Of a stretch of 64,000 nt of DNA, positions 54,009 through 62,777 are shown piece after piece. Source of the DNA: an uncultured Oscillospiraceae bacterium. GTDB taxonomy: Bacteria; Bacillota; Clostridia; Oscillospirales; Ruminococcaceae. The stretch covers positions 2,886-66,885 of the forward strand of contig CASGAN010000021.1 in NCBI GenBank assembly GCA_949299455.1. Reading direction: 5' to 3'. The position numbers and the translations under genes are program-made. How positions within the stretch are numbered: the first letter of the stretch is position 1; each line of letters begins with the position of its first letter. The notes under the pieces were generated by a model. The model did no database searches. It saw only the letters and a program-made list of their open reading frames with translations, and had not been told where the DNA came from.

Positions 54009-56246
54009 TCAATCAAGCGTTTCGCCGATCACTGTAAGCTCCACGACCGTTCCAACCGGCACGCTTGTGCCAGGCGAAACACTTTGCTGCTGCACCTTTC
54101 CGGCCGATGTCATGGACACACCGCCCGTCACCGTTACATTCAAGTTTAGCTGCTTGAGCCGCTGTTTCGCTTCTGCCGCGGACAGCTGCCGTACATCCGG
54201 CACAGCAACCATCTGCTGTTCGGAATCATCTGTATATAAAATAACTTTTCCGTCCTTTGGAATTTTTTCACCGCTCGACGGCATTTGTCTAACGACCTTA
54301 TCACCGTCGCCTTTCACCACAACACCGCCGGTAATGCCGGAAGCGATCAGTTTATTTTTTGCTGCTGCAATATCTTTGCCGTACAAAAGCGGAACCGTGG
54401 TTTCCATCGATGCCAGTTCCTCTTCGCTGTATTCCGGCGAATAGCCGAGATACGGCAGTGTGTTTGCCATGATTGCTGCAACTGCCGGTGCAGCAATGGT
54501 TCCGCCGTAAATCGCGCCGTTTTGCGGATAGTCTGCCATGACCATCACGGCAATCTGCGGGTCGTCAGCCGGTGCAACCGCCACATAAGAAGCAATGTAG
54601 GTGTTCGCTTCATCGCCCGGATTGAGGCGCTGCGATGTACCCGATTTTGCTGCAATCCGATAGCCTTTGACCGATCCGTTTGTACCGCCGTTCGCGTTGA
54701 CGACTTCTTCCATGACACTGCGCAGTGTTGCAGATGTTTCTTCGGAAATGACCTGCCGTTTGATCGTCGGTTCATGCGAGGAAATGACATTGTTGTTTGA
54801 ATCGAGAAAATCCTGCACCACATACGGCTGCACCAGATATCCGCCGTTTGTCACAGCACAGACCGCTGTAATCAGCTGAAGCGGCGTCACAGTCTGCGAC
54901 TGGCCGAACGAAGACGATGCAAGCGAAACATCGGACATATCCGAACCATAATATGTACCAACCTGCTCACCCGGCAAGTCGATTCCTGTTTTTTCGGTGA
55001 ATCCAAATGCTTTGTAATATTCAAAAAAGCGCTCCGGCCCAAGAGATAAGCCGATATTGATAAATGCCGGATTACACGAATGCACCATTGCAGAGGTGAA
55101 ATCGAGTGTGCCGTGGCCGGAACGATTGTTGCACCGCATCCGCTCGCCGCCGATAACCACATAGCCCGAGCAGGAATAGGTTGAATTTGTAAATGCAACT
55201 TTTTCTTCAATTGCAGATGCGCCCACAACCGTTTTAAACGTTGAGCCCGGCTGATAGGTATGCGAAATGCACATGTTGCTCCACTGTTTTTGCTGTGCAG
55301 CTGATTTCGCTTCCTTTTTGGCTTCCTCATCGGTGATTTCTTCCACCGCGGCAGCCAGCTGCTCATCTTGAATGGTAAACGGATCGTTTAGATTGAATGT
55401 AGGGTAATTCGCCATTGCAAGAATTGCGCCGGTGTTGCAGTCCATTACAATTGCGCAGGCACCGTTTTTCGGATTGTGCTGTTTTACCACGTCGTAAAGC
55501 GTCGTTTCCACAAAGCTTTGAATATTCTCATCGAGCGTCAGACGCAGGCTTTGTCCGTCCACCGGATCATACCGCTGTTCAAAGTTCTGCGGCATATCTT
55601 CGCTTTGCGCATTTTTAAGCGACACGGTGTATCCGGGGGTTCCTTTTAAAATGTCGTCATATTTGCTTTCGAGCCCATACAATCCCTGCGAATCACTGCC
55701 GGTAAAGCCAATCAGCGAAGCCGCCAGCTGATTGTTCGGATAATACCGCTTTGTGTTCTCTGCAAGATGGATTTCACTGGTGTATCCCTGTTCCACTGCA
55801 AATGCGCGGATCTGATCTGCCGTTTCTTTGGAAACTTTTTTTCCTACGAGCTGATACTGACTGTTTGTTTTTTTGATTTTTTCCATCAGTGCTGCTTCAT
55901 CAGTATCCAAAATTGAAGACAGCGTTTTGGCAATCAGCTCCTGCTTTTCTTTGAGCTTCTGCTCATCTTTTATGCCGCTTGCAATATCTTTTGGTGAAAT
56001 GCTGACATCCCAAACCGTTGAACTCTGTGCCAGAATCTCCATGTTCCGGTCATAGATCGTTCCGCGGGAAGCGGGGATCGTTTCCGACCGCAGCTGCTGA
56101 TTGTTCGCATAGTCAGTGTAAAAGTCACTTTGCAGTGCGCTGATCCGAAACAAGTTTCCGACAAGTGCAAGTACTAAAACGACCGCAACAATCATAATAT
56201 GACGATTTAGTCGCTTTTTCATCCGAACAGTGGCTCCCTTTGCCAT
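54009..56246 (-). CDS. class B penicillin-binding protein (FtsI/SpoVD-like) with two C-terminal PASTA domains
   Basis: 745 aa with an N-terminal TM, STFK (QPGSTFKT), SCN and KSGT motifs, and two PASTA-like repeats at the C-terminus. Confidence 0.9.
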   Translation of the reverse strand: MAKGATVRMKKRLNRHIMIVAVVLVLALVGNLFRISALQSDFYTDYANNQQLRSETIPASRGTIYDRNMEILAQSSTVWDVSISPKDIASGIKDEQKLKEKQELIAKTLSSILDTDEAALMEKIKKTNSQYQLVGKKVSKETADQIRAFAVEQGYTSEIHLAENTKRYYPNNQLAASLIGFTGSDSQGLYGLESKYDDILKGTPGYTVSLKNAQSEDMPQNFEQRYDPVDGQSLRLTLDENIQSFVETTLYDVVKQHNPKNGACAIVMDCNTGAILAMANYPTFNLNDPFTIQDEQLAAAVEEITDEEAKKEAKSAAQQKQWSNMCISHTYQPGSTFKTVVGASAIEEKVAFTNSTYSCSGYVVIGGERMRCNNRSGHGTLDFTSAMVHSCNPAFINIGLSLGPERFFEYYKAFGFTEKTGIDLPGEQVGTYYGSDMSDVSLASSSFGQSQTVTPLQLITAVCAVTNGGYLVQPYVVQDFLDSNNNVISSHEPTIKRQVISEETSATLRSVMEEVVNANGGTNGSVKGYRIAAKSGTSQRLNPGDEANTYIASYVAVAPADDPQIAVMVMADYPQNGAIYGGTIAAPAVAAIMANTLPYLGYSPEYSEEELASMETTVPLLYGKDIAAAKNKLIASGITGGVVVKGDGDKVVRQMPSSGEKIPKDGKVILYTDDSEQQMVAVPDVRQLSAAEAKQRLKQLNLNVTVTGGVSMTSAGKVQQQSVSPGTSVPVGTVVELTVIGETLD

Positions 56247-56344
56247 AGTGCTCCTCCTTAAATAAATGGCACAAGGGGCAGCGCAATTTCTGCACTTCCC
56301 CCCTGCATCTTCATCTTATTCATAAATAAAACCGGTTAGACCTT

Positions 56345-56803
56345 TTAGGAAAACAAGCCGGAGAAAAAGCTGCAAACTTTCTCCCACACACCCGGTTCTT
56401 TCACAACATTCGATGCGTTCTCCGTTTCAAACGTAATATACCGCATCTGATAACTCTCAACCTTCTGCATGCCAAGTTCATTGGTTGCTGCCTGTTCTAT
56501 GTTGGCAATGGACAAGGTATCCTCAAGCGTTTTGGTAAGCGACGATACTTCCCCTTTTACCGCCGACAATTCCGTAAGCACGCGGTTATACTCACTTAAC
56601 AGCTCCGTCTGCTTAACCTGTGAGTATAACAGCAGCGACAGCATCGATACAACCGCCACCATCATGACAACTGCTTTCGGAATGCTGAACGCTTCCGCAC
56701 TCTTGACGGATGCACGCGTTTTCACCTCGCGGATCTGCGGTCTTTTCTCCTCTTCCTTTTGTGCTAACCGCTTATAATCATAAGCGAGGCTTCCTCTATT
56801 CAT
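56345..56803 (-). CDS. ftsL: FtsL-like cell division protein (single TM + coiled coil)
   Basis: 152 aa with TM VVMMVAVVSMLSLLLYS. It sits between rsmH and the PBP gene. Confidence 0.6.
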   Translation of the reverse strand: MNRGSLAYDYKRLAQKEEEKRPQIREVKTRASVKSAEAFSIPKAVVMMVAVVSMLSLLLYSQVKQTELLSEYNRVLTELSAVKGEVSSLTKTLEDTLSIANIEQAATNELGMQKVESYQMRYITFETENASNVVKEPGVWEKVCSFFSGLFS

Positions 56804-57752
56804 CAGCGTGATCGTCCTTTCCGCATTTTTCTATAATCCGAAGCTTTGCGCTCGTACTTCTTCTGTTTTCTTTGAGTTCTTCCGGCGAAGCAGTAATCGG
56901 CTTGCGGTTTACAAGCTTTGCCTGCGGTTTTCTGTGGCAAACACACACCGGAAAATCAGGCGGGCAGATGCACCCTTTGCACCAGGACAAATACCGATGC
57001 TTGACCATACGATCCTCGAGCGAATGGAACGTGAGAATAACCAGTCGTCCGCCCGGTGCAAGCAGTGAAAATGCCTCATCAAGCCCCTGTGACAAGCTCT
57101 GCATTTCGTCGTTGACTGCAATGCGAATCGCCTGAAACGTCTGCTTACATGGATTTTTCTCACGCCGCCTTGCAGCGGGAACGGCTGCTTTGACCAGTTG
57201 TGCCAGTTCAAGTGTCGTCTGGATCGGTGCGCTTGTCCGTTTTTTTACAATCGACTGTGCGATTTTATACGCAAACGGTTCTTCGCCGTATTCTCTTAAA
57301 ATTCGTGCAATTTCGTCTGCACTCCATGTATTCACCACATCATATGCGCTCATTCCCTGCTGACTCATCCGCATATCAAGCGGCGCATCGTGCAGATAGC
57401 TGAATCCGCGCGACGCTTCATCGAGCTGATGAGAAGAAACGCCCAGATCAAGCAGCACGCCATCCACCTGAGAAATGCCGCGCGCATACAGTGCCTCTTT
57501 CATATTGCGGAAATTGTCCTGCACAACTTCTGCCTGTTTATATGGTGACAGCCGCTCTGTTGCTGTTTGAACCGCATCCGGGTCCTGATCGAATGCAATC
57601 AATCTGCCGGTGGTGAGCCGGCGCGCGATCTCTGATGAATGACCCGCACCGCCGGCTGTGCCATCCACATAGATGCCGTCCGGACGAATCGCCAATCCCT
57701 CGATGCATTCGTCGCGCATCACAGAATAATGTGAAAATTCCATTGTTCTCAT
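56796..57752 (-). CDS. rsmH: 16S rRNA (cytosine1402-N4)-methyltransferase
   Basis: HYSVMRDECIEGL, VDGTAGGAGHS and LLDLGVSSHQLD motifs. Confidence 0.95.
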   Translation of the reverse strand: MRTMEFSHYSVMRDECIEGLAIRPDGIYVDGTAGGAGHSSEIARRLTTGRLIAFDQDPDAVQTATERLSPYKQAEVVQDNFRNMKEALYARGISQVDGVLLDLGVSSHQLDEASRGFSYLHDAPLDMRMSQQGMSAYDVVNTWSADEIARILREYGEEPFAYKIAQSIVKKRTSAPIQTTLELAQLVKAAVPAARRREKNPCKQTFQAIRIAVNDEMQSLSQGLDEAFSLLAPGGRLVILTFHSLEDRMVKHRYLSWCKGCICPPDFPVCVCHRKPQAKLVNRKPITASPEELKENRRSTSAKLRIIEKCGKDDHADE

Positions 57753-57758
57753 CCTCGT

Positions 57759-58181
57759 TTAAAATCCAAGCTCATTCATGACATCGGCAATCGTTTCCGA
57801 ATCAAGCGCTGAGCAAAGCGCTTCCCATTTGTCTTTATTCCAAATCTCACAGTGCGTCGAAGCACCGATGACCACAACATCTTTTTCAAGATTTGCATAT
57901 GTCCTCAGCTGTGCAGGAATCACAACGCGTCCCTGTGCATCCGGCTCCGCTTCACTTGCACAGCCGCTCAGCATACGGATGATATTTCCCGCCTTCACAA
58001 TCGGCAGTGCATGCAGTTTTTCCTCCACACGCGCCCATTCTTCGAGCGAATAGACATTCAAACACGGATCGGTGAGCGAACGGGTAATCACAAAGCGGGT
58101 TCCAAGATCGGCGCGAAGTTTTGCCGGAAAATTGAGTCTGCCTTTTGCATCCGTCGTGCATTTATAGCTTCCGATCAGCAT
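57759..58181 (-). CDS. mraZ: division/cell wall cluster transcriptional regulator MraZ
   Basis: ORF trimmed to ATG 58181 (MLIGSYKCTTDAKGRLNFPAKLR). Contains two SpoVT/AbrB-like halves (DAKGRLNFP and DAQGRVVIP). Confidence 0.9.
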   Translation of the reverse strand: MLIGSYKCTTDAKGRLNFPAKLRADLGTRFVITRSLTDPCLNVYSLEEWARVEEKLHALPIVKAGNIIRMLSGCASEAEPDAQGRVVIPAQLRTYANLEKDVVVIGASTHCEIWNKDKWEALCSALDSETIADVMNELGF

Positions 58182-58215
58182 CGCTCCACCGCCCTTCGCT
58201 TTGATGGGATTTTTC

Positions 58216-58239
58216 ACCCTTTTAAACCGCTGTTCACCA
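58216..58239 (-). promoter_or_regulatory. MraZ-box-like direct repeats with 10-bp periodicity
   Basis: Minus-strand GTGGT, GCGGT and GGGT motifs are centred at 58236-40, 58226-30 and 58216-19, exactly 10 bp apart, between the -10 element and the mraZ start. Confidence 0.5.
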
Positions 58240-58249
58240 CTTGTTTTCC

Positions 58250-58278
58250 ATTATAGCGATAATCACAAGAAAAAGCAA
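58250..58278 (-). promoter_or_regulatory. sigma-A promoter of the dcw cluster (TTGCTT-17-TATAAT)
   Basis: Minus strand: TTGCTT (58278-58273), a 17-nt spacer, then TATAAT (58255-58250). Confidence 0.6.
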
Positions 58279-58359
58279 GGCTTCATGCGGAATTTTCATA
58301 TTTTTTCGCAGGGAAATTTTTCTTTTTTCACTCATTTTCATCTGCTTTCTGCGCATACA

Positions 58360-58388
58360 TTGACACATTTTGCTGTATTCGATATAAT
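58360..58388 (+). promoter_or_regulatory. sigma-A promoter (TTGACA-17-TATAAT) for the DUF1266-like gene
   Basis: TTGACA at 58360-58365, a 17-nt spacer, then TATAAT at 58383-58388. Confidence 0.6.
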
Positions 58389-58436
58389 TGACATCAAGGA
58401 AAACTTGTATGATTGCCAAAGTGAGGTTGTTTTTTC

Positions 58437-59192
58437 ATGGGACTCTTTTTCCGCAAAGCACCAAAAACGCCATCCGATGCGCTCTCTCCGAAAGAAGCGC
58501 AAAAAATCAGCCGAATTCTGTTTTCAAAATCGCCCGAACCCGATCTGCAAAAACGTGTATTACTGTCGCTTGCAGCGCCGATGCGCGCCAAAAGCCAGAA
58601 TGCCGCTGACTGTCTTCCTTCCTTTTCCGAAAAGGAAAAAGCCAAACTGCGCACAATGTTTTGCGCGCAGTTTGGCGAATTGACAAAAGAAACACTGACG
58701 GAACAGATTGAAAATGCACTTTCTTTTAAAACAGCAGAACATTACGATACATTGTTCGGCTTTGCTGCCGCAGGCGATGAAGCTTCGATTGAAATATATT
58801 TGACACGAAAGCTCTCCGCTGATGAGCGCTGTTTTTCAAAATCGCACCTGCTGTGTGCATACTGCAAACGGCTTGAATCGATTGGTTTTTTGCCAAACGT
58901 TTCCGCCTGTGCATACGATCTTTGCCGGGCTGCAAACTTTGCTGTCATCGGATTCGGTATCGATCTGTTTTCAAAAGAAGAAATGTATGCGTTTCTCTCT
59001 AAAACAGCAGATTGCATCAAAAACCGATATGCTTCTTATCAAGAGTACTTGTCAGGCTACCTGCTCGGCCGCGGCTGTCACATCTGGTTGTCCGGTGAAT
59101 TTATGGCACTGCTTTCGGACTACGATCAAAATATCTGCCGCGTTCTTCTTTCCGATCCAAAAAGCCCGTATGTACAGTTTCCGCTTCAATAA
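58437..59192 (+). CDS. DUF1266-like protein
   Basis: 251 aa. AYDLCRAANFAVIGFGIDLFSKEEMYAFL...YASYQEYLSGYLLGR resembles the DUF1266 signature. Confidence 0.5.
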   Translation: MGLFFRKAPKTPSDALSPKEAQKISRILFSKSPEPDLQKRVLLSLAAPMRAKSQNAADCLPSFSEKEKAKLRTMFCAQFGELTKETLTEQIENALSFKTAEHYDTLFGFAAAGDEASIEIYLTRKLSADERCFSKSHLLCAYCKRLESIGFLPNVSACAYDLCRAANFAVIGFGIDLFSKEEMYAFLSKTADCIKNRYASYQEYLSGYLLGRGCHIWLSGEFMALLSDYDQNICRVLLSDPKSPYVQFPLQ

Positions 59193-59200
59193 AAAACAAA

Positions 59201-59228
59201 ACACCCTGCTGTTCAAACAGCAGGGTGT
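59201..59228. terminator. bidirectional terminator between the DUF1266-like and WYL genes
   Basis: An 11-bp stem ACACCCTGCTG / CAGCAGGGTGT is flanked by an A-run and a T-run. Confidence 0.8.
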
Positions 59229-59240
59229 TTTTCTTCACCT

Positions 59241-60230
59241 TTATGACAGATCCCATTTTTTCGCGCGCTGTGCGATTTGTTCTTTCACATGCGCAGGCGC
59301 CAACACACGAACATCGCCATCCAGTCCAAAAATCCATCCGTAAAACTGAGGACTTACCTGAACATGTACCGTGATTTTAAAATGATCCGCATCCACACGT
59401 TCCGGTTTAATCGATTCCCCGAACCGATCCACTGCAACACCAATCAGTCGATTCGGCATTTGAATCGTCACATACTCATGCGTGCCGCTGAACATACCGA
59501 ATACTTCCTTTGTGTAAGCCGGTGCGTCGAATGCGCGCCCGCCTGCTTCAAGCAATACAGGTTCTTCCAGCACAGTGGTGCTGACCATTTTATCAATCCG
59601 AAAATGCTTACGCTGAGGATCGTCTTTTTCGCATCCCACAAGGTAATAATGATCTCTGTCCCAAATCAGCTCAATCGGCGAAATCTGATACACTTTTCCA
59701 TTATGCCGAAGATGTTTTTGTGGAATACACGGCCCTGTGTCAGGCAAAAACCATTCATAATATTGGAAAGAAAGCTGTTTCGCGTTTTGAAGTGCGGTAT
59801 GAATCGAATCAATCGTATAATAGATTTCTTCGTTGAGTCCTTTTTTCGCGTGATAGATCCGGACATTCCGCTGAAGCTGTTTTGCCTCATGAATGCTGCA
59901 AAGCGACTGAATTTTTTTAATCAGCAGTTCTGATTTTCTGGCGCTCAGCACTTTGGATGACTGCACAACATCAACAAGAAGTTTTAATTCAGGCAGTTCA
60001 AACAGACGCGACGCCATATAATATTTTCCGTGATTCGAAATAATATCTGCCCCATACAGCCGCAGCGTTTCAATATCGTCATAGATACTTTTCCGTTCTG
60101 CTGAAATTCCATGCTGATTCAGCAGAGAAATCATCTGTGCCATGGTAAGCGGATGCAATTCATCCGAATGAATGAACAGAATACGATATAAAATCAAAAG
60201 CTTGAGTTTTTGAAAGTAGGATCGAGCCAT
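59241..60230 (-). CDS. HTH-WYL-WCX transcriptional regulator, chromosomal paralogue of the island WYL protein
   Basis: 329 aa with HYYLVGCEKDDPQRKHFRIDKMV (WYL core), colinear with 35248..36264. Confidence 0.75.
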   Translation of the reverse strand: MARSYFQKLKLLILYRILFIHSDELHPLTMAQMISLLNQHGISAERKSIYDDIETLRLYGADIISNHGKYYMASRLFELPELKLLVDVVQSSKVLSARKSELLIKKIQSLCSIHEAKQLQRNVRIYHAKKGLNEEIYYTIDSIHTALQNAKQLSFQYYEWFLPDTGPCIPQKHLRHNGKVYQISPIELIWDRDHYYLVGCEKDDPQRKHFRIDKMVSTTVLEEPVLLEAGGRAFDAPAYTKEVFGMFSGTHEYVTIQMPNRLIGVAVDRFGESIKPERVDADHFKITVHVQVSPQFYGWIFGLDGDVRVLAPAHVKEQIAQRAKKWDLS

Positions 60231-60370
60231 ATTTCCTCCTGTCCCATAAACCTATTTGGTTTTACATCCTATAGAAATTATACCACATCGTCAAAAAAAG
60301 GTAAATGGATATTCCGCATTTTTTGTAAAACTTTGTCGGAAAAAAGGAAGAACTTTCTTGCTGTTTTTGC

Positions 60371-60399
60371 TTGACAAATGCAATTAAATCATCTACAAT
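60371..60399 (+). promoter_or_regulatory. sigma-A promoter (TTGACA-17-TACAAT) of the radical-SAM repair operon
   Basis: TTGACA at 60371-60376, a 17-nt spacer, then TACAAT at 60394-60399. Confidence 0.6.
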
Positions 60400-60406
60400 A
60401 TGATTT

Positions 60407-60420
60407 AGAACGAACGTTCT
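60407..60420. promoter_or_regulatory. LexA/DinR SOS box (GAAC-N4-GTTC)
   Basis: AGAACGAACGTTCT lies 8 nt downstream of the -10 hexamer and 26 nt upstream of the ATG at 60446. It matches the Firmicute Cheo-box core. Confidence 0.65.
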
Positions 60421-60445
60421 TTCTTTTTGAGGATGGTGATGTTTC

Positions 60446-61747
60446 ATGGATGTATTCGAAAAACTCACAATTTTGACGGACGCCGCAAAATATGACGTTG
60501 CCTGTACTTCAAGCGGTGTTGACCGCGGCGGCGCTGCCGGCGGCATCGGAAATGCGGCTGCGTGCGGGATTTGTCACAGCTTTTCTGCGGACGGCAGATG
60601 CATCTCTTTGCTGAAAGTGCTGTTTACAAACGCCTGCATCTACGACTGCAAATACTGTTTAAACCGCCGCTCAAACGATGTTCGCCGCGCAGCATTCACA
60701 CCGCAAGAACTCGCACAGCTGACCATCGAGTTTTACCGCAGAAACTATATCGAAGGGCTGTTTTTAAGCTCCGGTGTGTTTAAAAATCCGGACTATACCT
60801 GTGAACAGCTCATCAAAACGCTTTCCCTGCTTCGAAACGAATACAACTTTCGCGGATATATTCATGTCAAGGCCATCCCGGGCGCGGATGCACGGCTGAT
60901 TGAACAGCTCGGACTGCTCGCGGACCGTATGAGCATCAATATTGAACTGCCCACCAGCGAGGGACTTAAACAGCTCGCTCCCGATAAAACGAAACAGTCC
61001 ATTCTAAAACCGATGGGACTGATTCACAGCCGCATTCAGGAAAATGCGTACGATATCGTGCAGTACCGGCACGCGCCGAAATTCGCCCCTGCCGGTCACA
61101 GCACCCAGATGATCGTCGGTGCAACCAAGGACTCCGATCTGCACATTTTAAGGCTCACACAGGCGCTGTACCGAAAATATACGCTCAAACGCGTCTTTTT
61201 CTCCGCATATATCCCGATGCAGGAACATGCGCTTCTGCCCTCTCTCGACACAAAACCGCCGCTTTTGCGGGAGCATCGGCTCTATCAGGCAGACTGGCTG
61301 CTCCGGTTTTACGGCTTTGATGCAGAGGAAATCCTCGATGATGCGCATCCTGATTTCAATCCCGTTCTCGACCCAAAATGCAACTGGGCAGTCAATCACC
61401 TCGATCAATTCCCGGTAGAAGTCAACCGTGCGCCATACGAAATGCTGCTGCGTGTGCCGGGCATCGGCGTCAAAAGTGCCAAACGCATTCTGATTGCACG
61501 AAAAAGCGGTTCTCTCGATTTTCCTGATTTAAAACGCATCGGCGTTGTGTTAAAACGCGCACAATTTTTCCTCACCTGCCGCGGCAAAAGTATGCCGCAG
61601 CTTAAATTCTCTCCGGAAACAGTTGTCCGCACGCTTTCCGGACAATCATTCCCACAGGGAATTTCGGACGTTACACAGCTTTCCCTGTTTGCATCCGATT
61701 CACCTACAAAGGAGGATATGCAGAAATGTTTAAGCGGTCAGCTTTGA
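60446..61747 (+). CDS. putative DNA modification/repair radical SAM protein (TIGR03916-type)
   Basis: 433 aa. The N-terminus MDVFEKLTILTDAAKYDVACTSSG and the CIYDCKYC cluster motif are typical of this family. Confidence 0.75.
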   Translation: MDVFEKLTILTDAAKYDVACTSSGVDRGGAAGGIGNAAACGICHSFSADGRCISLLKVLFTNACIYDCKYCLNRRSNDVRRAAFTPQELAQLTIEFYRRNYIEGLFLSSGVFKNPDYTCEQLIKTLSLLRNEYNFRGYIHVKAIPGADARLIEQLGLLADRMSINIELPTSEGLKQLAPDKTKQSILKPMGLIHSRIQENAYDIVQYRHAPKFAPAGHSTQMIVGATKDSDLHILRLTQALYRKYTLKRVFFSAYIPMQEHALLPSLDTKPPLLREHRLYQADWLLRFYGFDAEEILDDAHPDFNPVLDPKCNWAVNHLDQFPVEVNRAPYEMLLRVPGIGVKSAKRILIARKSGSLDFPDLKRIGVVLKRAQFFLTCRGKSMPQLKFSPETVVRTLSGQSFPQGISDVTQLSLFASDSPTKEDMQKCLSGQL

Positions 61748-62535
61748 TGTATCAATACGACAAAACATTGGGCGGGTTCCTCTGCTGTGTGTATTCCTGT
61801 TATCAATATTCGGAAATTCCGTCCGGTTTTTGCGGCGACACAGAAGAACCCACATTGTTTGAACGAAAGGAAATCCTCACAGAACAAAAGAAATCACGCG
61901 CCACACGGCGCACGATTGAACATCGTCTCGGAAAAGCCGGATACACGCTGCTTGCAAACGCTTTCTTATATGGCGGCGAAGAAAAAGAAATGCATTTGCT
62001 GCGGTTTTTACTCTTTGCATTAAAAACCGGTCCGTCGGCGCTGCGTATGCGGGGACACCCGCTCGTTTCCCGCGTGTATGACATGGAACGCGCTGTGTTA
62101 AATGAAGCGCACCTTTTTTTAGGATTCATCCGGTTTTCCGATCACGGCGGCGCACTCTCTGCTGTGATTGAACCGAAACATTTTGTCCTGCCGAAAATCC
62201 GCGCGCATTTCTGCGATCGGTTTCCGAATGAAACCTTTTTGATTTTCGACAAAACACATCAGGCCGCACTGCTCCACCGGCCAAACAGCGCCGTAATTGT
62301 GCCGCTGGAATCGTTCACGCCTGCCGCTTCCGATGATACAGAACTACTGTTTTGCTCGCTCTGGAAGCGATACCATCAAACCATCGCCATTTTAGAGCGA
62401 AAAAACGAACGCTGTCAAAACACGCATCTGCCCAAACGATTCCGCGGACAGATGACGGAATTTTCCGTTCAGTCCACAGAGCCTGCACCCGCGTCTCTGC
62501 CTGATTTAAACGAAGCAAGGAGGTGTCTTGGTTGA
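61747..62535 (+). CDS. DUF4130/TIGR03915-type putative DNA repair protein
   Basis: ORF trimmed to the ATG overlapping the upstream stop (TGATG at 61745-61749). Product begins MYQYDKTLGGFLCCVY. This is the conserved partner of the radical SAM gene. Confidence 0.7.
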   Translation: MYQYDKTLGGFLCCVYSCYQYSEIPSGFCGDTEEPTLFERKEILTEQKKSRATRRTIEHRLGKAGYTLLANAFLYGGEEKEMHLLRFLLFALKTGPSALRMRGHPLVSRVYDMERAVLNEAHLFLGFIRFSDHGGALSAVIEPKHFVLPKIRAHFCDRFPNETFLIFDKTHQAALLHRPNSAVIVPLESFTPAASDDTELLFCSLWKRYHQTIAILERKNERCQNTHLPKRFRGQMTEFSVQSTEPAPASLPDLNEARRCLG

Positions 62536-62744
62536 CTTTATCCCATCCGCAGGTATATGCATCACAGATTTTCTCACTCGCAAGAACGCTTCATCTGCGA
62601 TTGTCTCATCAAAAAATCAGCGCGCACGATGCACGCATTCTCCTCCACGAACTCAAAGAAGCGTGCAGCCAATTAGAACACTCACTCGCGGTTGAAACCG
62701 AACATTTCTCTCAGAACGATAAAAACGACCACACTTCTGTTTGA
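62532..62744 (+). CDS. hypothetical 70-aa helical protein (TTG start), possible third operon member
   Basis: A strong AAGGAGG at 62515-62521 lies 10 nt before the in-frame TTG at 62532. The ORF ends at the terminator hairpin. No family was recognised. Confidence 0.3.
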   Translation: MTLSHPQVYASQIFSLARTLHLRLSHQKISAHDARILLHELKEACSQLEHSLAVETEHFSQNDKNDHTSV

Positions 62745-62757
62745 AGTGTGGTCGTTT
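62722..62757. terminator. bidirectional rho-independent terminator
   Basis: A 16-bp stem AAAACGACCACACTTC / GAAGTGTGGTCGTTTT with loop TGTT. Confidence 0.85.
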
Positions 62758-62777
62758 TGCTTTTCTTTTTGCTTTGA

